Of a DNA stretch of 64,000 bases, positions 1 to 18,978 are shown piece by piece. This DNA is from the human T2T-CHM13v2.0 reference genome, Homo sapiens. The first letter of the stretch is position 1; each line of letters opens with the position of its first letter. Location of the stretch: assembly GCF_009914755.1 (NCBI RefSeq), contig NC_060929.1. The stretch is one strand, 5' to 3'. The position numbers and the translations under genes are program-made. The notes beneath the pieces are model-generated. The model saw only the letters and a list, made by a program, of their open reading frames with translations. It made no database searches and had not been told where the DNA came from.

Positions 1-386
1 CGGACTAGAGGGTGCATTTGGGACTGTTAATCCAAAATACCATCCCTCCAGGAATAATACAATTGCCAACTTTACATTCTCAGCTTGGGTAATGCCCAAT
101 GCCAATACGAATGGATTCATTATAGCGAAGGATGACGGTAATGGAAGCATCTACTACGGGGTAAAAATACAAACAAACGAATCCCATGTGACACTTTCCC
201 TTCATTATAAAACCTTGGGTTCCAATGCTACATACATTGCCAAGACAACAGTCATGAAATATTTAGAAGAAAGTGTTTGGCTTCATCTACTAATTATCCT
301 GGAGGATGGTATAATCGAATTCTACCTGGATGGAAATGCAATGCCCAGGGGAATCAAGAGTCTGAAAGGAGAAGCCATTACTGACG
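1..386 (+). CDS. ADGRV1: ADGRV1 exon ~20 (5' part outside window), LamG/pentraxin-like domain
   Basis: Frame from position 2 reads GLEGAFGTVNPKYHPSRNNTIANFTFSAWVMPN...EAITD; donor G|GTGAGG at 386/387, phase 1. Confidence 0.95.
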
Positions 387-1469
387 GTGAGGGTCATCAT
401 CACAACTAGGACACTGAAATTTGCAGTTTCTAAAATTTTTCATTAAAATTTAGATTTTTAAAAAAGTGCTAACATGTATTTGAAAACTCTACTTATGCAT
501 TGGTTTAATTTCTTTAATCAAAACTATGTGCCTACCAAGATAATGAGAAATTCTGTCCTGAGTGTTACAGAAATGAATCAGAGAATTTTGCCCTTAAAGA
601 ACCTGGAATAAACCCTAGCAGAGAGATGTGTGATATATCACAATGACACCCTGTAGGAAGACAGAAAAAAATATGAAAGAGGAATGTTTGTCCTTCTGTG
701 GGTAGTAGGAGAGATGGGGAGTGATATTCCTGCAGAGGAATGAACAAAGGAATAGAAATGTGAAACAGCGTGTTGCACCTGGGGAACTGCTGCTAGTTCA
801 GTATTGCTGAAGGTAGAGGGTGGTGGGCGTGAGGTTGAAAAGAAAGCAGGAGAGAAGAATCACAGTGAAAAGTGATTATAGGGTTCATACTATCAGCAGG
901 TAACTTGGTGAATTCTACAGAGTGCTTTGAAGAGATATTCTTTGTTGTCTTTAAACTAGATCATATGCTGATTCCTCAAGAAGCACATTTGTGTGTGTGT
1001 GCACACAAATACTGGTTATATGCATTATAGTCACCATTCCCTCTCAGCCCCTCCATCTTATGATTTTATTCTTTTTTATATTTCGTGAAAGATAGAGTAG
1101 AGCTTATATGGCTATAGCTTAATAGAGTATTTTCCTCTGAACCTCTTACATTAGTTATTTGGTTCTATTTTTTTTCCCAGAGGGGGAAAAAAAGATAGGC
1201 AAAGGAAAATGCACGTATCTACCAATTTCAATCCCATGGATTTTGGTTACAAGCACTTTGTGGTATTATCCACTTTTTGGCTGTGTGAATACCTACAAGT
1301 ATCTGTTAGCCTTGATTCTTTTGGTGATGGTAGTGGTGGTGGAATGAGAATGGAAACGATTGGGGGAAGTGGGAGCTGGTGTTTTTTCCTCTGACTTACT
1401 GCAGAGGAACTTGTTATTTTTGTACTTTGTAATTTGGAAAGATAATTTTTAAACTATATGTAAAGTTAT

Positions 1470-2180
1470 TGAACTGTAGTGCCCTTTATATTATAAAAAT
1501 ATAAAAGTATGCATATTGTAAGTGTACAGATAAGTGAAATTTTTAAAACTTAAATTCATCAGTTTCAGCACTCATGTGATCAGCCCCCAGACCAAGAAAC
1601 AGCATTCCAGAAGCCCCCTTTGACTCCTCCAGTTGCTAACTCACCACCCTGCCTACTGACTATTGGCATTTTTAAGAGCTTAAGATTCACTTTTCCTATT
1701 TTTAAATTTATATAAATAGAACTGAACAGTATGTACACTTGAGTGTCCAGCTTCTTTTGCTCAGTATTGTTTGTGAAGTTCATCCATATTTTTGCCTGCT
1801 GTAGATATTTCATGCTCATTACCATATAGAATTATCTTATGTAACTGTAACACAATTTATTTATTAGTGCTACTTTCAATTTCTGTTTTGGTTGTTTTCT
1901 GTTCTGCCTACTACATATAGTACTTCTATGGATACTCTTATACATGTTTTTTGATGAACATATGCCTGCCATATGCATTTCTGTTGAGCACATTCCTGGG
2001 GATGGAATTGCTGAATGACAGTGTGTGCAAATATTCGGTTTTAGTAGATAATGCCTATCCTTTTTCCAAAACAGTTGAACCTAATTATACTCTCACCTCT
2101 AGTGTATGAGAGTTCCACTTAATTAATGCTTAGCTTCTTCCATCTTTACTTTTGGTTTGTAGTGGCATCTCACAGTATCA
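1470..2180 (-). mobile_element. Old L1M (L1MC/ME-like) 3' region
   Basis: Degenerate motifs cagcattccagaagcccc, cttttgctcagtattgtttgtgaagttcatccat, ggaattgctg; boundaries approximate. Confidence 0.55.
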
Positions 2181-3563
2181 TAAAAGGTGTATTTAAAAAA
2201 AAATAATGCTGTGTTCAATATAGAAAAATTGTAAAGTACACATATACAACAAAAATAGAAATCATTTACAATAAAAATCATTTACAATCATTATAAGAAT
2301 CATTTACAGTCATTCAGAGATAGCCACTATAAACATTAAGCATACTGTTAACATGTTCGTATACACACACTGTATACATATTTCACAATTTTTCTTCTTT
2401 ATTGTCAAAATGATACATGTATATTGCATGAAATTTGAAAAGTATAGAATAGTATTAAGATGCAGAGTGAAAGATGCCATATTCCCTCCATGAACCACTG
2501 TAACATATTGGCATTTTTATAACTTTTATTTTGAATGATTTAGCATTGTAACTTAAGTAGTTAACACTACAAGTAGAGAAATAATGATCAGGTTTGTCCC
2601 AGAGAATTAGTCATAGAAGCAAAGTGCTTAGAATCCTCAAATATGTATAATGTTTTACATTTATAAGGCATTTTCCATACATTACCTAATTTGTACTTCA
2701 TAATAATTCAATATATTAAATAGAGGTCAGAGTCAGTAAATAAATTCGCTAGCATCACACAGGCAAGTAACAGAGGAACCAAGACATGAAAATAAACCAT
2801 TAACTCCTAGGTCAGTATTCCTTTTAACATACCATAGAGACAGAACTAAAGGAGATGTGATCATTTCTATATCCTTGACTCCAGATAGCATCCTAACAGT
2901 GAGAACCATGATGTGGTTTTGTGAGAATCAGGGGAACTTATATCATTACAGTTGCCAGATAATTCAATAGGAGAGACAACATAGGATTTCCCATTGAATC
3001 TGGAGCTCCAGTGAAAAGGTGTTTCTGGTTTGCTGGGCAGGAAGGTGGTCTCTGTAGTCGGTATGGGAGCTGTCATGACAGTAACATGCCAGATACTTGT
3101 GACTACCCTGAAAGACATCTGGGTGGAGATTTGTGAAACAGCCTCCACTGAGGTTATTGACAAGAAATATTGCTTGTACTTTTTTTTCCAGAATCTCTGC
3201 CAATATCTCATCTTGCCTAAAGATCTTACATAAATATCTTAGTTGAGTTATTAGAGTACGAACAGGTAAAGAAAGGAGAACTAGTGAAAGCATGAAAAGG
3301 TTTGTTATTGAGATATAGTGACACAGTTGGGCTACATGTTATTATTATTTTTAAAAGTCCCCAAGACTTACATATAATGTTTCTGAGAAGAAATATTTCT
3401 ATTTTTACATCTATTCTCTTAGTTGTTTGGATAGAGAGATATATTTGGCCTGTAGAAATACTTCTTATGAATTCTCACAACTTTAACTCAATGAGTGTCT
3501 AACATATCAAGCCTTGAAGTTCTTAAATAATAATATAGTACTGAAGTTTAAAAATTGTGATGA

Positions 3564-3903
3564 GGCTAGGTGCAGTGGCCCATGCCTGTAATTGCGCCTC
3601 AAGCGATCCTCCCATCTAAGCACTTTGGGAGGATCGCTTGAGGCCAGGAGTTTGAGACCAGCCTGGGCAACATAGCAAGACCCTGTCTCTACAAAAAAAA
3701 CAAAACAACAACAACAAAAAAAGCCAGGCCTGGCAGTGGACTCCTGTAGTGATGTCCTTGCTATTTGTTAGTCTGAGGTGGTTGGATTGCTCGAACCCAG
3801 GAGTTTGAGGTCACAGTGAGCTATTAACATGCCATTGCACTCTAGCCTGGGTAAAAGAGCAAGATCTTGTCTCTAAAGTACATAAATAAATAAATACATA
3901 ATT
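3564..3903 (+). mobile_element. AluJ-like element with internal inverted rearrangement
   Basis: Dimeric Alu; TSD AAAAATTGTGATGA at 3550-3563 and 3904-3917. Confidence 0.9.
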
Positions 3904-4338
3904 AAAAATTGTGATGAATAAGTCCATTTTTAAATGTGCAAGAGTAAATTTTAAAATACCATAGAATAAATTTCTATCCAAATACGTGCACATACATACA
4001 TGCATACGTGTGTATGTATGTGTGTGTATGTGTATGTTCAGATACTTTTTTTTCTAGAAATGTTGACAGACTGATAGAAGTTACTTTTAAGTATATCATC
4101 TAATTTGAAGATAGTTACCAATTCTTTTAGTACAAAATATAAATCCTAATGATTATGGATTCCTTTTTTAAAATCATAATAGAAGATAATATCCAATTCA
4201 TTGTATACTAGTTATGCAAAAGTTTCATTTATCCAAAAATATCTTTCAGTAAAATTGTCTTACTTTCTGAATCACACGTAAAATTTAGGACAGGACACTT
4301 GAAGGTATTGTAGCATTTAAACTTGTCTCTAATTTCAG

Positions 4339-4712
4339 GTCCTGGGATACTGAGAATTGGAGCAGGGATAAATGGCAATGACAGATTTACAGGTCTGATG
4401 CAGGATGTGAGGTCCTATGAGCGGAAACTGACGCTTGAAGAAATTTATGAACTTCATGCCATGCCCGCAAAAAGTGATTTACACCCAATTTCTGGATATC
4501 TGGAGTTCAGACAGGGAGAAACTAACAAATCATTCATTATTTCTGCAAGAGATGACAATGACGAGGAAGGAGAAGAATTATTCATTCTTAAACTAGTTTC
4601 TGTATATGGAGGAGCTCGTATTTCGGAAGAAAATACTACTGCAAGATTAACAATACAAAAAAGTGACAATGCAAATGGCTTGTTTGGTTTCACAGGAGCT
4701 TGTATACCAGAG
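4339..4712 (+). CDS. ADGRV1: ADGRV1 exon ~21 (374 nt), end of LamG/PTX and Calx-beta half
   Basis: Acceptor tttcag|GT; GPGILRIGAG...ACIPE; donor GAG|GTAAGT; phase 1 to 0. Confidence 0.96.
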
Positions 4713-5781
4713 GTAAGTAGTGAGCTTGGAGAATTTTGGATTTAAAAATTCATTGTAGGTGGATTTGTTTGGGACTCGGCTTTCTTTCATTTGGTAAGAT
4801 TGGTTGCGCATCTACTCCAAGTCCAGAAGTATGCTAGGGCCAGTGATTGCAAATATAAATTACAAAATTCTTACTCTTATGAGTTCACCCTTTGGATCAA
4901 CTTAATGAGCTGATAGAAGTAATAACAAGTTAGCAAATGAAACTTTAGCAATTCGCCTGAAAGTTAATGCTCTTCAAAGAACGTATGTGTATACTCTACC
5001 TATTTATTTTTGGCTACTGTTTTGGATGTCATTAAATTGAATGAAATAATATATATTGAAGGCTTGTATGAATAATTGTATTTGCAACTTTATTAAAATA
5101 TGATTTTTTGATTTTTTTTTTTTTACATGTGAAACGTACTTGAGTAGTTAGTTATCACTTTCTTCCATGTTGGGTGTAAATACCTTTCTTATCAACCTTC
5201 TTGGCCAGCTTAATTCATTAGGCTGTCTTACTGTCCTTATCAGTTCTTTCCATGTTTTCAAAGATTCGTAATCATCTTGGTTTCCTGTTCAGTAATGTGA
5301 GAACTCATGAAACTACTTCCCAGGTGTTCTGTGTGACAGCAACAGCTTGGTGACCATGAAAGGATGCCAAGGAACAAGAGTCTTTCTTTTTGCAAGTTGA
5401 TTCTAATTGGTTTAGAAGGATGTATAAGTAAATTGAAATGATTTTTTAAAAATGGATGAGTAGAGTTTGAAAAAAAATCTAGGTCATAGGCTCATTCTAG
5501 CTTAAACTGGGATGTCTGCCTCTCTGGAGTGTCTTTCTTGCCACTTTAGCCCTTTGGTTTGGTGGCAGTCTTAAGAGATCTTCAAATAGTATGGTCCTTT
5601 TTTTACATCAGAAATAGCATATCCTAGACTAGCAATAACAAATGTCATACAAATCTACAACTTGAAAAGAAAGATGTTTACATATAGTGGATAATACCTT
5701 TAAATAGGTATTCAGCTATCAAAGAACTTCTACATATTACATTTTATGCACCTTTCTGATAATCCATAATATAGGTGCGTT

Positions 5782-5838
5782 ATTAACCAGTGTGATAGTG
5801 ATATTAACCAGTGTGATAGTGACATTAACCAGTGTGAT
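5782..5838. repeat. 21-bp tandem repeat, about 2.7 copies (ATTAACCAGTGTGATAGTGAY)
   Basis: Units at 5782, 5803 and 5824, read directly. Confidence 0.9.
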
Positions 5839-5849
5839 TATTTTGTATA

Positions 5850-6829
<980 letters not shown>

Positions 6830-7021
6830 GGTTTAGTCTGTGCTTGTAATTATCTTCTGAGTTCAAATTTTATGATCACTTGCTTCATTTTTAGAAATAA
6901 AGACTACAGCCACTTCCATAGATTCTTCTCCATTATGTTGTTGCAATGACATTGACAATTTAACGTTAAAAAAAATTCCCTCAAAATTTCTGAATGCAAT
7001 AGAGACCCTATAAAGACTCTG

Positions 7022-7145
7022 GGCTGGGCACAGTGGCTCACGCCTGTAATTCCAGCACTTTGGGAAGCTGAGGTGGGAGGATCTCTTGAGCCTAGGAGTT
7101 TGAGAACAGCCTAGGCAACATAGTGAGACCCCCTTGTCTATTTTA
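7022..7145 (+). mobile_element. Free left Alu monomer (FLAM_C/AluJ left arm)
   Basis: ggctgggcacagtggctcacgcctgtaat...aacatagtgagacccc; no right arm. Confidence 0.8.
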
Positions 7146-8621
7146 AATTGAAATAAAAATTAAAAAAATTTAAAATAGGCCTTCTGAGTTATGTTATGCT
7201 TTTACCTTTTTCATAGATTAATATGACATAAAGTAATATTAAGGTTAAAATGATAGCATAATGACATCTTAAACAGATAATGAAAATATGTAGACTCTGA
7301 CATAGCCTGCTATTTGGCACATTGAAAGAGAAGGTAATTATTCTGTGATTTGTTTTCTACCAACCAGGTACACTATGTCCCGGCAAAGAGCAGGTGCTTA
7401 ATAAACTATAATTGAAAGAATGAATAAAACCTGTGAAGCAGTTTAGGGTCCTGGTGAGGCATGCCAAATAGTGCTTTGGATTCCAAGTGGGATCTGTATT
7501 GAACAGAAGATGGATTTTGTTAGATCTATAGCCTAGTAACCACATTCTCATGTTTCTTCCCCATATTTTGTTGTTCTGTGTATTTCCTATGTTATTTTCT
7601 CTGTACCATATTTTAGCACTGTTTTTACGTGTCCTGCCAAATTGTATACCACGTAATTATAAATTAATGAAGTTGCTTTCATAGTGATTCATAGAACTTG
7701 CTAATCGTATTGTTTTATTTTTTATAACTAATACTTGCATTATATGTTATATTTATAAACTATGGCTTAAGAATCAATTAAAGACACTTTGGGAAGATCT
7801 TCATGAAAACAAGAATATCATTTCAACTTGGACTATATTTGTTTTTAAGTGCCTACCATGTGCTATGTGAATAGATTCCTTGGGATATAAGTGATATTGG
7901 TATAATCCGATATCACCAATCATCACCCATGCATGAAACAAAATTAAAAATTAATTGGATTTGTAGCTTTAATTTTCTATTGCAATAGAGAAGGCCAATT
8001 CATGGTTCAGAATACTGCATTATTTTTTCTAAGAAAATAGGTTTCAAAAACTCGTCTTACTATTTCTGTTTATTATTACTGTTCTGATGATCTGAATATT
8101 TGGCAAATTCCTGACTTAAAAGAGGAGACGGTAGTGAGTATTATTGTGTCTAGTGAGAAACTGTTTGGGGATGGTTTGATGATTATTATGGATGTTAGGC
8201 CCCTTCATATACTGGCCTAAATGTTTGTTTGTATCATAATTCTAAACTCAATTAGATGAATATTTTAATATTAGAAAAAAGGTTTAGATATTTATTTTCT
8301 ATGTCTTATGCATTTCTGTATTAATAATTACATACCGGAGTCTAGTATTTCTGAAAGTGTTGCCCTTGGATGACCTTGTCAGAAATATCTAATGCTTATT
8401 ACTGGACATTATTCCTGACTCAGGACCCCATTCCTGGATCACAATCTCTGGCTAGGGGAGAGGGGAAGTTTAAGCTGAATTAGAAAACCTTTTTAAATGA
8501 AAGTTTTCATATATAGAGTATACACAAAAATAGAGAAGATAAAGGAATGAGTCACAGTGTACTAGCTTCAATAATTATCAGCCTTTTGGCAATATTGTTT
8601 AATCATTTTTGGTTAAACAAC

Positions 8622-8925
<304 letters not shown>

Positions 8926-9261
8926 AGTTAAAGTACTTTTTAAAGCAAACCTCAGGCGTTATGTTATTTCTCTGTAAATTCAGAAGTATTAAAGGTGGAT
9001 TTGCACTGAGAATCCTGGTAGTTTTTTTTTTCTTTTTTTCTTTTTTTTCTTTTATTATTATACTTTAAGTTTTAGGGTACATGAGCACATTGTGCAGGTT
9101 AGTTACATATGTATACGTGTGCCATGCTGGTGCTCTGCACCCACTAACTCGTCATCTAGCATTAGGTATATCTCCCAATGCTATCCCTTCCCCCTCCCCC
9201 CACCACACAACAGTCCCCAGAGTGTGATGTTCCCCTTCCTGTGTCCATATGATCTCATTGT

Positions 9262-13084
<3,823 letters not shown>

Positions 13085-13147
13085 TATGATGTTAGCGGGT
13101 TATTTTGCTTGTTAGTTGATGCAGTTTCTTCCTAGTCTCGATGGTCT

Positions 13148-14164
13148 TTACATTTTGGCATGATTTTGCAGCGGCTGGTACCGGTTGTTCCTTTCCATGT
13201 TTAGCGCTTCCTTCAGGAGCTCTTTTAGGACAGGCCTGGTGGTGACAAAATCTCTCAGCATTTGCTTTTCTGTAAAGTATTTTATTTCTCCTTCACTTAT
13301 GAAGCTTAGTTTGGCTGGATATGAAATTCTGGGTTGAAAATTCTTTTCTTTAAGAATGTTGAATATTGGCCCCCACTCTCTTCTGGCTTGTAGGGTTTCT
13401 GCCAAGAGATCCGTTGTTAGTCTGATGGGCTTCCCTTTGAGGGTAACCCGACCTTTCTCTCTAGCTGCCCTTAATATTTTTTCCTTCATTTCAACTTTGG
13501 TGAAACTGACAATTATGTGTCTTGGAGTTGCTCTTCTCGAGGAGTATCTTTGTGGCGTTCTCTGTATTTCCTGAATCTGAACGTTGGCCTGCCTTGCTAG
13601 ATTGGGGAAGTTCTCCTGGATAATATCCTGCAGAGTGTTTTCCAACTTGCTTCCATTCTCCCCATCACTTTCAGGTAGACCAATCAGACGTAGATTTGGT
13701 CTTTTCACATAGTCCCATATTTCTTGGAGGCTTTGCTCATTTCTTTTTATTCTTTTTTCTCTAAACTTCCCTTCTCGCTTCATTTCATTCATTTCATCTT
13801 CCATCGCTGATACCTTTTCTTCCAGTTGATTGCATCAGCTCCTGAGGCTTCTGCATTCTTCACGTAGTTCTCGAGCCTTGGTTTTCAGCTCCATCAGCTC
13901 CTTTAAGCACTTCTCTGTATTGATTATTCTAGTTATACATTCTTCTAAATTTTTTTCAAAGTTTTCAACTTCTTTGCCTTTGGTTTGAATGTCCTCCCGT
14001 AGCTCAGAGTAATTTGATCGTCTGAAGCCTTCTTCTCTCAGCTGGTGAAAGTCATTCTCCATCCAGCTTTGTTCCGTTGCTGGTGAGGAACTGCGTTCCT
14101 TTGGAGGAGGAGAGGCGCTCTGCTTTTTAGAGTTTCCAGTTTTTCTGTTCTGTTTTTTCCCCAT
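13148..14164 (-). pseudogene. L1 ORF1 (338 codons) interrupted by a single TGA at 13835-13837 (codon 110)
   Basis: MGKKQNRKTGNSK...NHAKM in one frame (1017 nt); ORF track splits it at CRSLRS*; likely CGA>TGA CpG decay. Confidence 0.92.
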
Positions 14165-14618
14165 CTTTGTGGTTTATCTACTGTTGGTCTTTGATGATGG
14201 TGATGTACAGATGGGTTTTTGGTGTGGATGTCCTTTCTGTTTGTTAGTTTTCCTTCTAACAGACAGGACCCTCAGCTGCAGGGCTGTTGGAGTACCCTGC
14301 CGTGTGAGGTGTCAGTGTGCCCCTGTTGGGGGGTGCCTCCCAGTTAGGCTGCTCGGGGGTCAGGGGTCAGGCACCCACTTGAGGAGGCAGTCTGCCCGTT
14401 CTCAGATCTCCAGCTGCGTACTGGGAGAACCACTGCTCTCTTCAAAGCTGTCAGACAGGGACATTTAAGTCTGCAGAGGTTACTGCTGTCTTTTTGTTTG
14501 TCTGTGCCCTGCCCCCAGAGGTGGAGCCTACAGAGGCAGGCAGGCCTCCTTGAGCTGTGGTGGGCTCCACCCAGTCTGAGCTTCCAGGCTGCTTTGTTTA
14601 CCTAAGCAAGCCTGGGCA

Positions 14619-14927
14619 ATGGCGGGCGCCCCTCCCCCAGCCTCGCTGCCGCCTTGCAGTTTGATCTCAGACTGCTGTGCTAGCAATCAGCGAGACTCCA
14701 TGGGTGTAGGACCCTCTGAGCCAGGTGCGGGGTATAATCTCGTGGTGCGCCGTTTTTTAAGCCCGTCGGAAAAGTGCAGTATTCTGGTGGGAGTGACCCG
14801 ATTTTCCAGGTGCCGTCCGTCACCCCTTTCTTTGACTAGGAAAGGGAACTCCCTGACCCCTTGCGCTTCCCGAGTGAGGCAATGCCTCACCCTGCTTCGG
14901 CTCCCGCATGGTGCGCGCACCCACTGA
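14619..14927 (+). CDS. L1 ORF0 (antisense 5'UTR ORF), 102-aa variant
   Basis: MAGAPPPASLPPCSLISDCCASNQRDS... matches primate L1 ORF0; Kozak GCAATGG; donors after ORF nt 106 (14724) and nt 191 (14809). Expression unverified. Confidence 0.6.
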   Translation: MAGAPPPASLPPCSLISDCCASNQRDSMGVGPSEPGAGYNLVVRRFLSPSEKCSILVGVTRFSRCRPSPLSLTRKGNSLTPCASRVRQCLTLLRLPHGARTH

Positions 14928-16639
14928 CCTGCGCCCACTGTCTGGCACTCCCTAGTGAGATGAACCTGGTACCTCTGATGGAAATGCAGAAATCACCCGT
15001 CTTCTGCGTTGCTCATGCTGGGAGCTGTAGACCAGAGCTGTTCCTATTCGTCCATCTTGGCTCCTCCCCCTGGTAGTTTTTTTTAATGGACGCTTGACAT
15101 TCGAAAGCTCTTTTAGAACTTAAAAAATTTACTTTATTGTACAAAATATTCATTAAATTTTCTATAAAGTGTTGATATATAGCGTGTAACTGTACATTCT
15201 TTTATTAGATATGAATAGTGATTTTTTTAAACTGAAAATATTCAGGAAGCTATAGGTTTTGATGAAGGTTTTAGTAAATAAAAATATAGTTAGGTAACTT
15301 TTCCCTGTGACTTTTGCAAACAAAATCCTCATCTTAGTCCTAAATGCTATGTGCTAATGCTTACTGACTTGATAAAAATTTAAGTTTGTAAAAGAAACCA
15401 TTATACATTTCTTAGTGTCTCTTTGGATCTATTTAACTAATGCCTCTTGCTGAAAAGGGAAAAGATTTTATATTTACATATTAAGATTAATGGTTTATTA
15501 ATTTAACTCATGAGATGTTACGATCCCCATTTTCAGAGGAGACTGTGAATGCTTGATAAGTGGTAGAATGAGGAAGCTCAGGACTGCTTGGCCTTAAAGC
15601 CATACTCTTTCCACCACACATTTGCTCATGTACCATTCGGCTAGCATGAAAATCCTGATGTAGATCCCTAAGTGGAAATTAAATCTGATGTTGTATTGAC
15701 ACCTGGGTCTCAAGCTGCATTCTCCTCTTCTGTCCAACATCTTAAGGTTGGAGTGCCCTACCTTCAGGACAGTCAGTTCCGCCATGACATGATGGATGGA
15801 TTCTTAAAAATCATCACACTATGCCAGATGCATAATGAGAAACACAGAACTTATGGAAAAGATGGGGTTAGGAAAACACTGCTCAAGGACTTGGTCGTTG
15901 ACACTTAAAAAAAATAGAGACCTGATAAAAATGTTGTACACATTAAATATTTAATACTTATAAACCACAATAGATATGGCATATTATCTTTAAAAAACTT
16001 TAAGTTTACTTGTAGAAGTGGGCATCAGAAGGATTGCAGCTTGTGTGTTATTGTGAAATGATAGAATGAGCATTATCTAAAATTGGAGGAAAATTATAAC
16101 ACTAGATGTGGTTAAGTGTGGCTAGTAACACAGGTGTTGAACTGAGTAGCTGGTAGTTGTTTGAGGTATGTGTTTGAGGTATGTGGCTTGTTTCACGTGG
16201 GTACAATTTTCTGTGTTCACCAAGTTTCTTGTGGATGAAATAGCACTTATAAGCAAATGCAAGTTGAGGCTGTATTCAAATTGTTCCCCAATATATTATC
16301 AATTGCATTGGAACAATTTCATGATTTCAAAATAAGTGTTATAGCAGAATTAAATGTACTTGGTCCTCTTCTCCTCTCCATCTACACTCCCCCTGCTGTC
16401 GCAACTGGTTTTCGAATACCATTTGTATAATTATATATTTATCCACCAATTTTACATGGCTTTAAATATCATTTATATATTGATAACTTCCAAATTTATG
16501 ATGTCAATCTCATCTTTTCTCTAAAATTCCAGACTCATTTCTTTAGTTACAACTTGATGCATTTCTAGGATATTTATTTCATAGACACTTCAAACTAGGC
16601 ATATTTTAAGCCCTTTGATTCTTACCCAAAACCTGTGAC

Positions 16640-17990
16640 TGATACAGGAGGAAAGTCAAACCTGCTTCAGAGATGCCTGGGCTTCATATGTTGCTACTTG
16701 CTGTAAGTGGGCTGATGCTTCTCTAGTGCCCTAATCAGAGGTGTTTCTGAAGGTCAGAGGGCAGAGCTGTAAACTGTCCACTTAGCCATTTATCTTTTGT
16801 GGATGGAGAAATGGCCTGAAGTATGAAGCTACTGCTTCAACCCTGAGCAGTGCTTATGGTGTAGTTGATCGGTGAGGGGCTTGGAAGAATCAAGACTAGA
16901 GACAAAGATGTTTGGGGAGAAGTCATGTGAATAGATTGCCAGGAGTTAACACTGAGTATGAGGGGGTGTTTCCCAAAAGGTTCTCAACAACCGTGAAATC
17001 AGAGTGAGGCTCTGTTGCATATCGGCCAGACTCTCCTTTGTCACCACAGTGCCATTAACAGCATGATGGTAGGGATGGAGGTTATGCATAGGTTTGACAG
17101 CATGAGCTCCCTCTTACCAAGACTGATGTAGCAACTGGTGGTTGCTGAATGTCCAAACAGCAAGCAGCAGAGACCAAAGCTAAGTACTTCTCAATAAACC
17201 ATTTACTGGTACACTGATCCCAACCAGACTTTATCACTCCAAAGGAAACAGCAATTCATTCTTATTGGAATTAATACTTTGGCTAATGTATTTACTTTAG
17301 CCTCCTAATACATCCTAATACAAGCACCATCATCTGAAGGCATAAAGAATGCCAGCTTTAACCACATGGAGACCCGCATCACACGGCCTCAAAGGGACTA
17401 ATATGAAGGAGGTGTAGCAATGGGTACGTAGTGATAGGACTGATTCACTGGCCTCACCATATACCATGTCACCTCAAGTAGCTGGCCTCATACAATTTAA
17501 TGGCCTGTTGAAGACCCAGGCACAGTGCTGGCTTAAGGACAGCTTCTTGGAAGGTTGAAGTATTGTCCATCAGGATGCAGTGTGTGCATTCAATGGCTGG
17601 TATCTGTTTCTGTGTCCCCAATAACTAGAATGCAGAGGCTCAGGCAGCAGGAGGTAAAAGTGAGACTGACCCCTGTCTCTGCTACTTTTAGTGACCTACT
17701 GCCTGAATTTGTTTCCTACTTTAGACTCCACTGGATTAGAAATTCTGGTTCTGGCAGTGGGGCTGGGGGAAGAATGTGCCTGCTAGGAGACAACTGAGGG
17801 CCCCACTGACCTATCACCTGGTTGTTTTGGGCCTCTCATGCCCATGGACCAGCAGGCAAATAAAAGAGTTAGAATGTTGCCCCTGGTGTACTCGATCCTC
17901 TTTACCATGAGAACACCCAGGTTGCTGCTGCTCAGTGAAACTCAGAGGATTTGCTGGAACATCTGGTGACTCCACACTCATTGATAACTT
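16640..17990 (+). mobile_element. Degraded ERVL-type internal sequence (RNaseH/integrase/dUTPase-like remnant)
   Basis: ggtagggatggaggttatgca...gctgaatgtccaaacagcaagcagcagagacca resembles the ERVL integrase zinc-finger region (GRDGGYAW...AECPxCQQQRP); aatggcctgttgaag (NGLLK); cctggttgttttgggcctctcatgccc (PGxFGLLMP). Confidence 0.7.
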
Positions 17991-18978
17991 TCGACTATTG
18001 TCGGTTTGTAGACAAATCCCAAATCTGTCCTCTCCAAAATGTCAGCACCAAAATGGCTCTATCTTATCCTGATCAGAGATGCTTATGGTTCATATGAAAA
18101 ATACAGATGGCATTTTATATATTAAAACTTGTATTTTTATCTGTATTCATTTTTGGTTCTTTTTTCTCCAAACTATATATTTGCTAACATAAAAATAAAA
18201 TTGAATTGAGAGACTGAGGATTTGACAGTAGGAAGGCCTTACTCTAAATGATATTCCAGCTGCTTCCACCATAGAGTTTTAAAGCATTATCTTAAAGTGT
18301 TTAGATAAAAAATTTTCCACTTGAAAAAAATACCTCTAGGTTTATATGATAAAAACACCAACAAATATATTAAGCATGGTATAAGATGCCCTCTTTGATC
18401 TGACTGTTGTTCCCACACTAGGCATCTCTCAAGGATCTCCCCATTTGGCACTTCATGCCACCCCGCCAAAATGATACCACCAAATATACTATATTGCTTC
18501 TTATGTCTGTGCCTAGAAAGTTCTCTCTGATGTCATGTTCCACCCTCTACCCCAACCCCCACCCCATTTGGTCTGTCTGTGCTGAGCCCATTATAAAATT
18601 GCAAGTTTGTCTTTCTCTTTAGAATTCTACTTATCCAGAGAAAGGACTATGCATTAAAAACTATTTTGCAACCATAGCATATGGCACAGTGGTTGGAACA
18701 CAGGAGGTATCAATGAATGAATTACTTGTGCAGTTAAGACATTATAATTCTTTTTGCTTTATTTATCTCTATAATGGAATGGGAGAAAATGAATGATTGT
18801 AAATATTTCTTAGCAGTCAAAGTTTATCTGGGGGAATGCAGAGGCCTCGTTAGTCCCTTTTAGAGAGGTAGAAAGTTGTAGAATTAAGTTTATGGTAAAA
18901 GGATTTCATGGAAGCATTGTAATTTTGTCACTGATTTGAATTGCTATGCACCTATTAATAATTTACATTCAATTTCAG

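Noticed and set aside
2867-3293. Three overlapping 67-114 aa ORFs
   Set aside because: No homology or splice context apparent; the region looks like a degraded LTR-type repeat.
16640-17990. ERVL pol remnant as a co-opted coding sequence
   Set aside because: No ORF in the track corresponds to the integrase frame; riddled with indels and stops.
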